A stretch of DNA of 63,989 nucleotides, filler included, from Reticulomyxa filosa (lineage: Eukaryota; Protista; Foraminifera): NCBI GenBank assembly GCA_000512085.1. It is 21 parts of 21 records of this genome, joined end to end, with 100 filler letters (N's around TTAATTAATTAA, not from the genome) between each part and the next. Parts side by side here need not be neighbours in the genome. Positions count along the whole stretch, not along the records: positions 62,968 to 63,989 come from ASPP01022226.1; 20 more parts are not named here. One strand, 5' to 3'. The number at the start of each line of letters is the position of its first letter. Within the stretch, counting starts at the first letter, position 1. Under the pieces are notes generated by a model that saw only the letters and a list, made by a program, of their open reading frames with translations, was not told the origin of the DNA and ran no database searches. The position numbers and the translations under genes were made by a program. This document shows positions 63,006-63,989 of the stretch, in pieces.

Positions 63006-63729
63006 TATTTGGTAATCTCCATTTCAGTAATTGAGTTACTTTCGTATTACACTTACTTTTCATCACTTTACTTTTTTTCCATTATTTCTTGCAAATTTAA
63101 TCAAATACATTAGATTCATTTGAAGAAAGTTATGTTTATAATTTTCTAATTTTATTTTTACGGAATTTTGCTGCCAATGCAATAAGACACATTTTGTCTC
63201 ATAATAACAAACAAAACGAAAGATAGAATGACAACATACATTATGTATGCTTTTACTCCAATAAATAAATATAAATAATGTTTTTCATGTCTCAAATATT
63301 TTACTGTTGTTATCATCACTGATTGATAGATACGATATAATCATAGTTTTTCTTTTCTTGTGTATCTGATGTTAGTTTTGAATGGACAAACAAAAAGTGC
63401 TAAAATACGAGCTGAATGAAAGAAAATCGCATTGTTGCATAGAGATGCAAGAAAGAGAGCTTTTAGAAGTTTGTTGGAGAAAAGTGAAAACGGATTAAAG
63501 AAGAAAAAAGTTTTTTACATTGAAGGGTTGACTATTAAAACTCTGGAGTCACTTATGACTATCAAGTACTAAACAAAATGCCAATATATATAACACACTT
63601 TTTCTATCCTATCCGATCTTGCACTATGAAATAAATCAAAAACTTACACATAAACTCAATACAAACAACCAATGGATCGATGATATGAGATTTGCTAAAT
63701 AATACTCTTTTGTGTTTTAATGGTTTTTC

Positions 63730-63959
63730 ATACTTGAGCGAATGTGATATGCTCTGGAGCATGGGATAATACAATTCGTTTTTGGGATATTCGATCAAAT
63801 AAGAATGAATTGTATATTATCAAAGGATTTGAGAATGATAATGTAATATGTTGTCTTAAATTTATTGCATTGAAAAAGAAAAAGGAGACAAAGAATATCG
63901 CACATGATTTGAATTTGTGTTATGGCTCGTACAAAGGTCCCATTGGTATTTGGGGATAA
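63730..63959 (+). pseudogene. Isolated C-terminal fragment of a WD40 family gene
   Basis: ICSGAWDNTIRFWDIRSNK...LCYGSYKGPIGIWG*, with no intact upstream repeats. Confidence 0.7.
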
Positions 63960-63989
63960 TTTGCTGTTTTATGAAATAAGAAATGAAAA

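Overview
This is not a contiguous prokaryotic locus. It is 21 short eukaryotic contigs joined by 20 identical artificial 100-nt linkers (N44-TTAATTAATTAA-N44, stops in all six frames). The DNA is AT-rich, has GT-AG introns (often GTTT donors) and many homopolymers and microsatellites. It carries expanded WD40, RING/TRAF, Kelch and NACHT-type families with many pseudogenes. By recall this resembles the foraminiferan Reticulomyxa filosa (inference, not checked). Recognisable genes: a bacterial-type YjbQ, a HEATR5/Laa1-like fragment, PFK-2/FBPase-2, an atypical Rho GTPase, a RING/TRAF-TM-TPR protein, two WD40 genes, a HECTD4/HECTD1-like giant protein fragment, an SLC10A7-like transporter, a trypsin-family protease, two RING proteins (one SIM-RING), a cyclic-nucleotide-binding channel, a phage-type macro-like protein, a kinesin, an MLLE-domain N/Q-rich protein, and relics of Ty3/gypsy, non-LTR and Tc1/mariner elements. 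The most striking unexplained structure is at 35846-37018. It is a non-coding array of at least 10 units of ~115-140 nt. Each unit has a unique GC-rich 25-35-nt segment, a conserved ACGGG...CCCGT hairpin motif and an A-tract, and units are separated by 55-67-nt GT...AG spacers. The layout resembles a guide/scaffold small-RNA array and has no known explanation.
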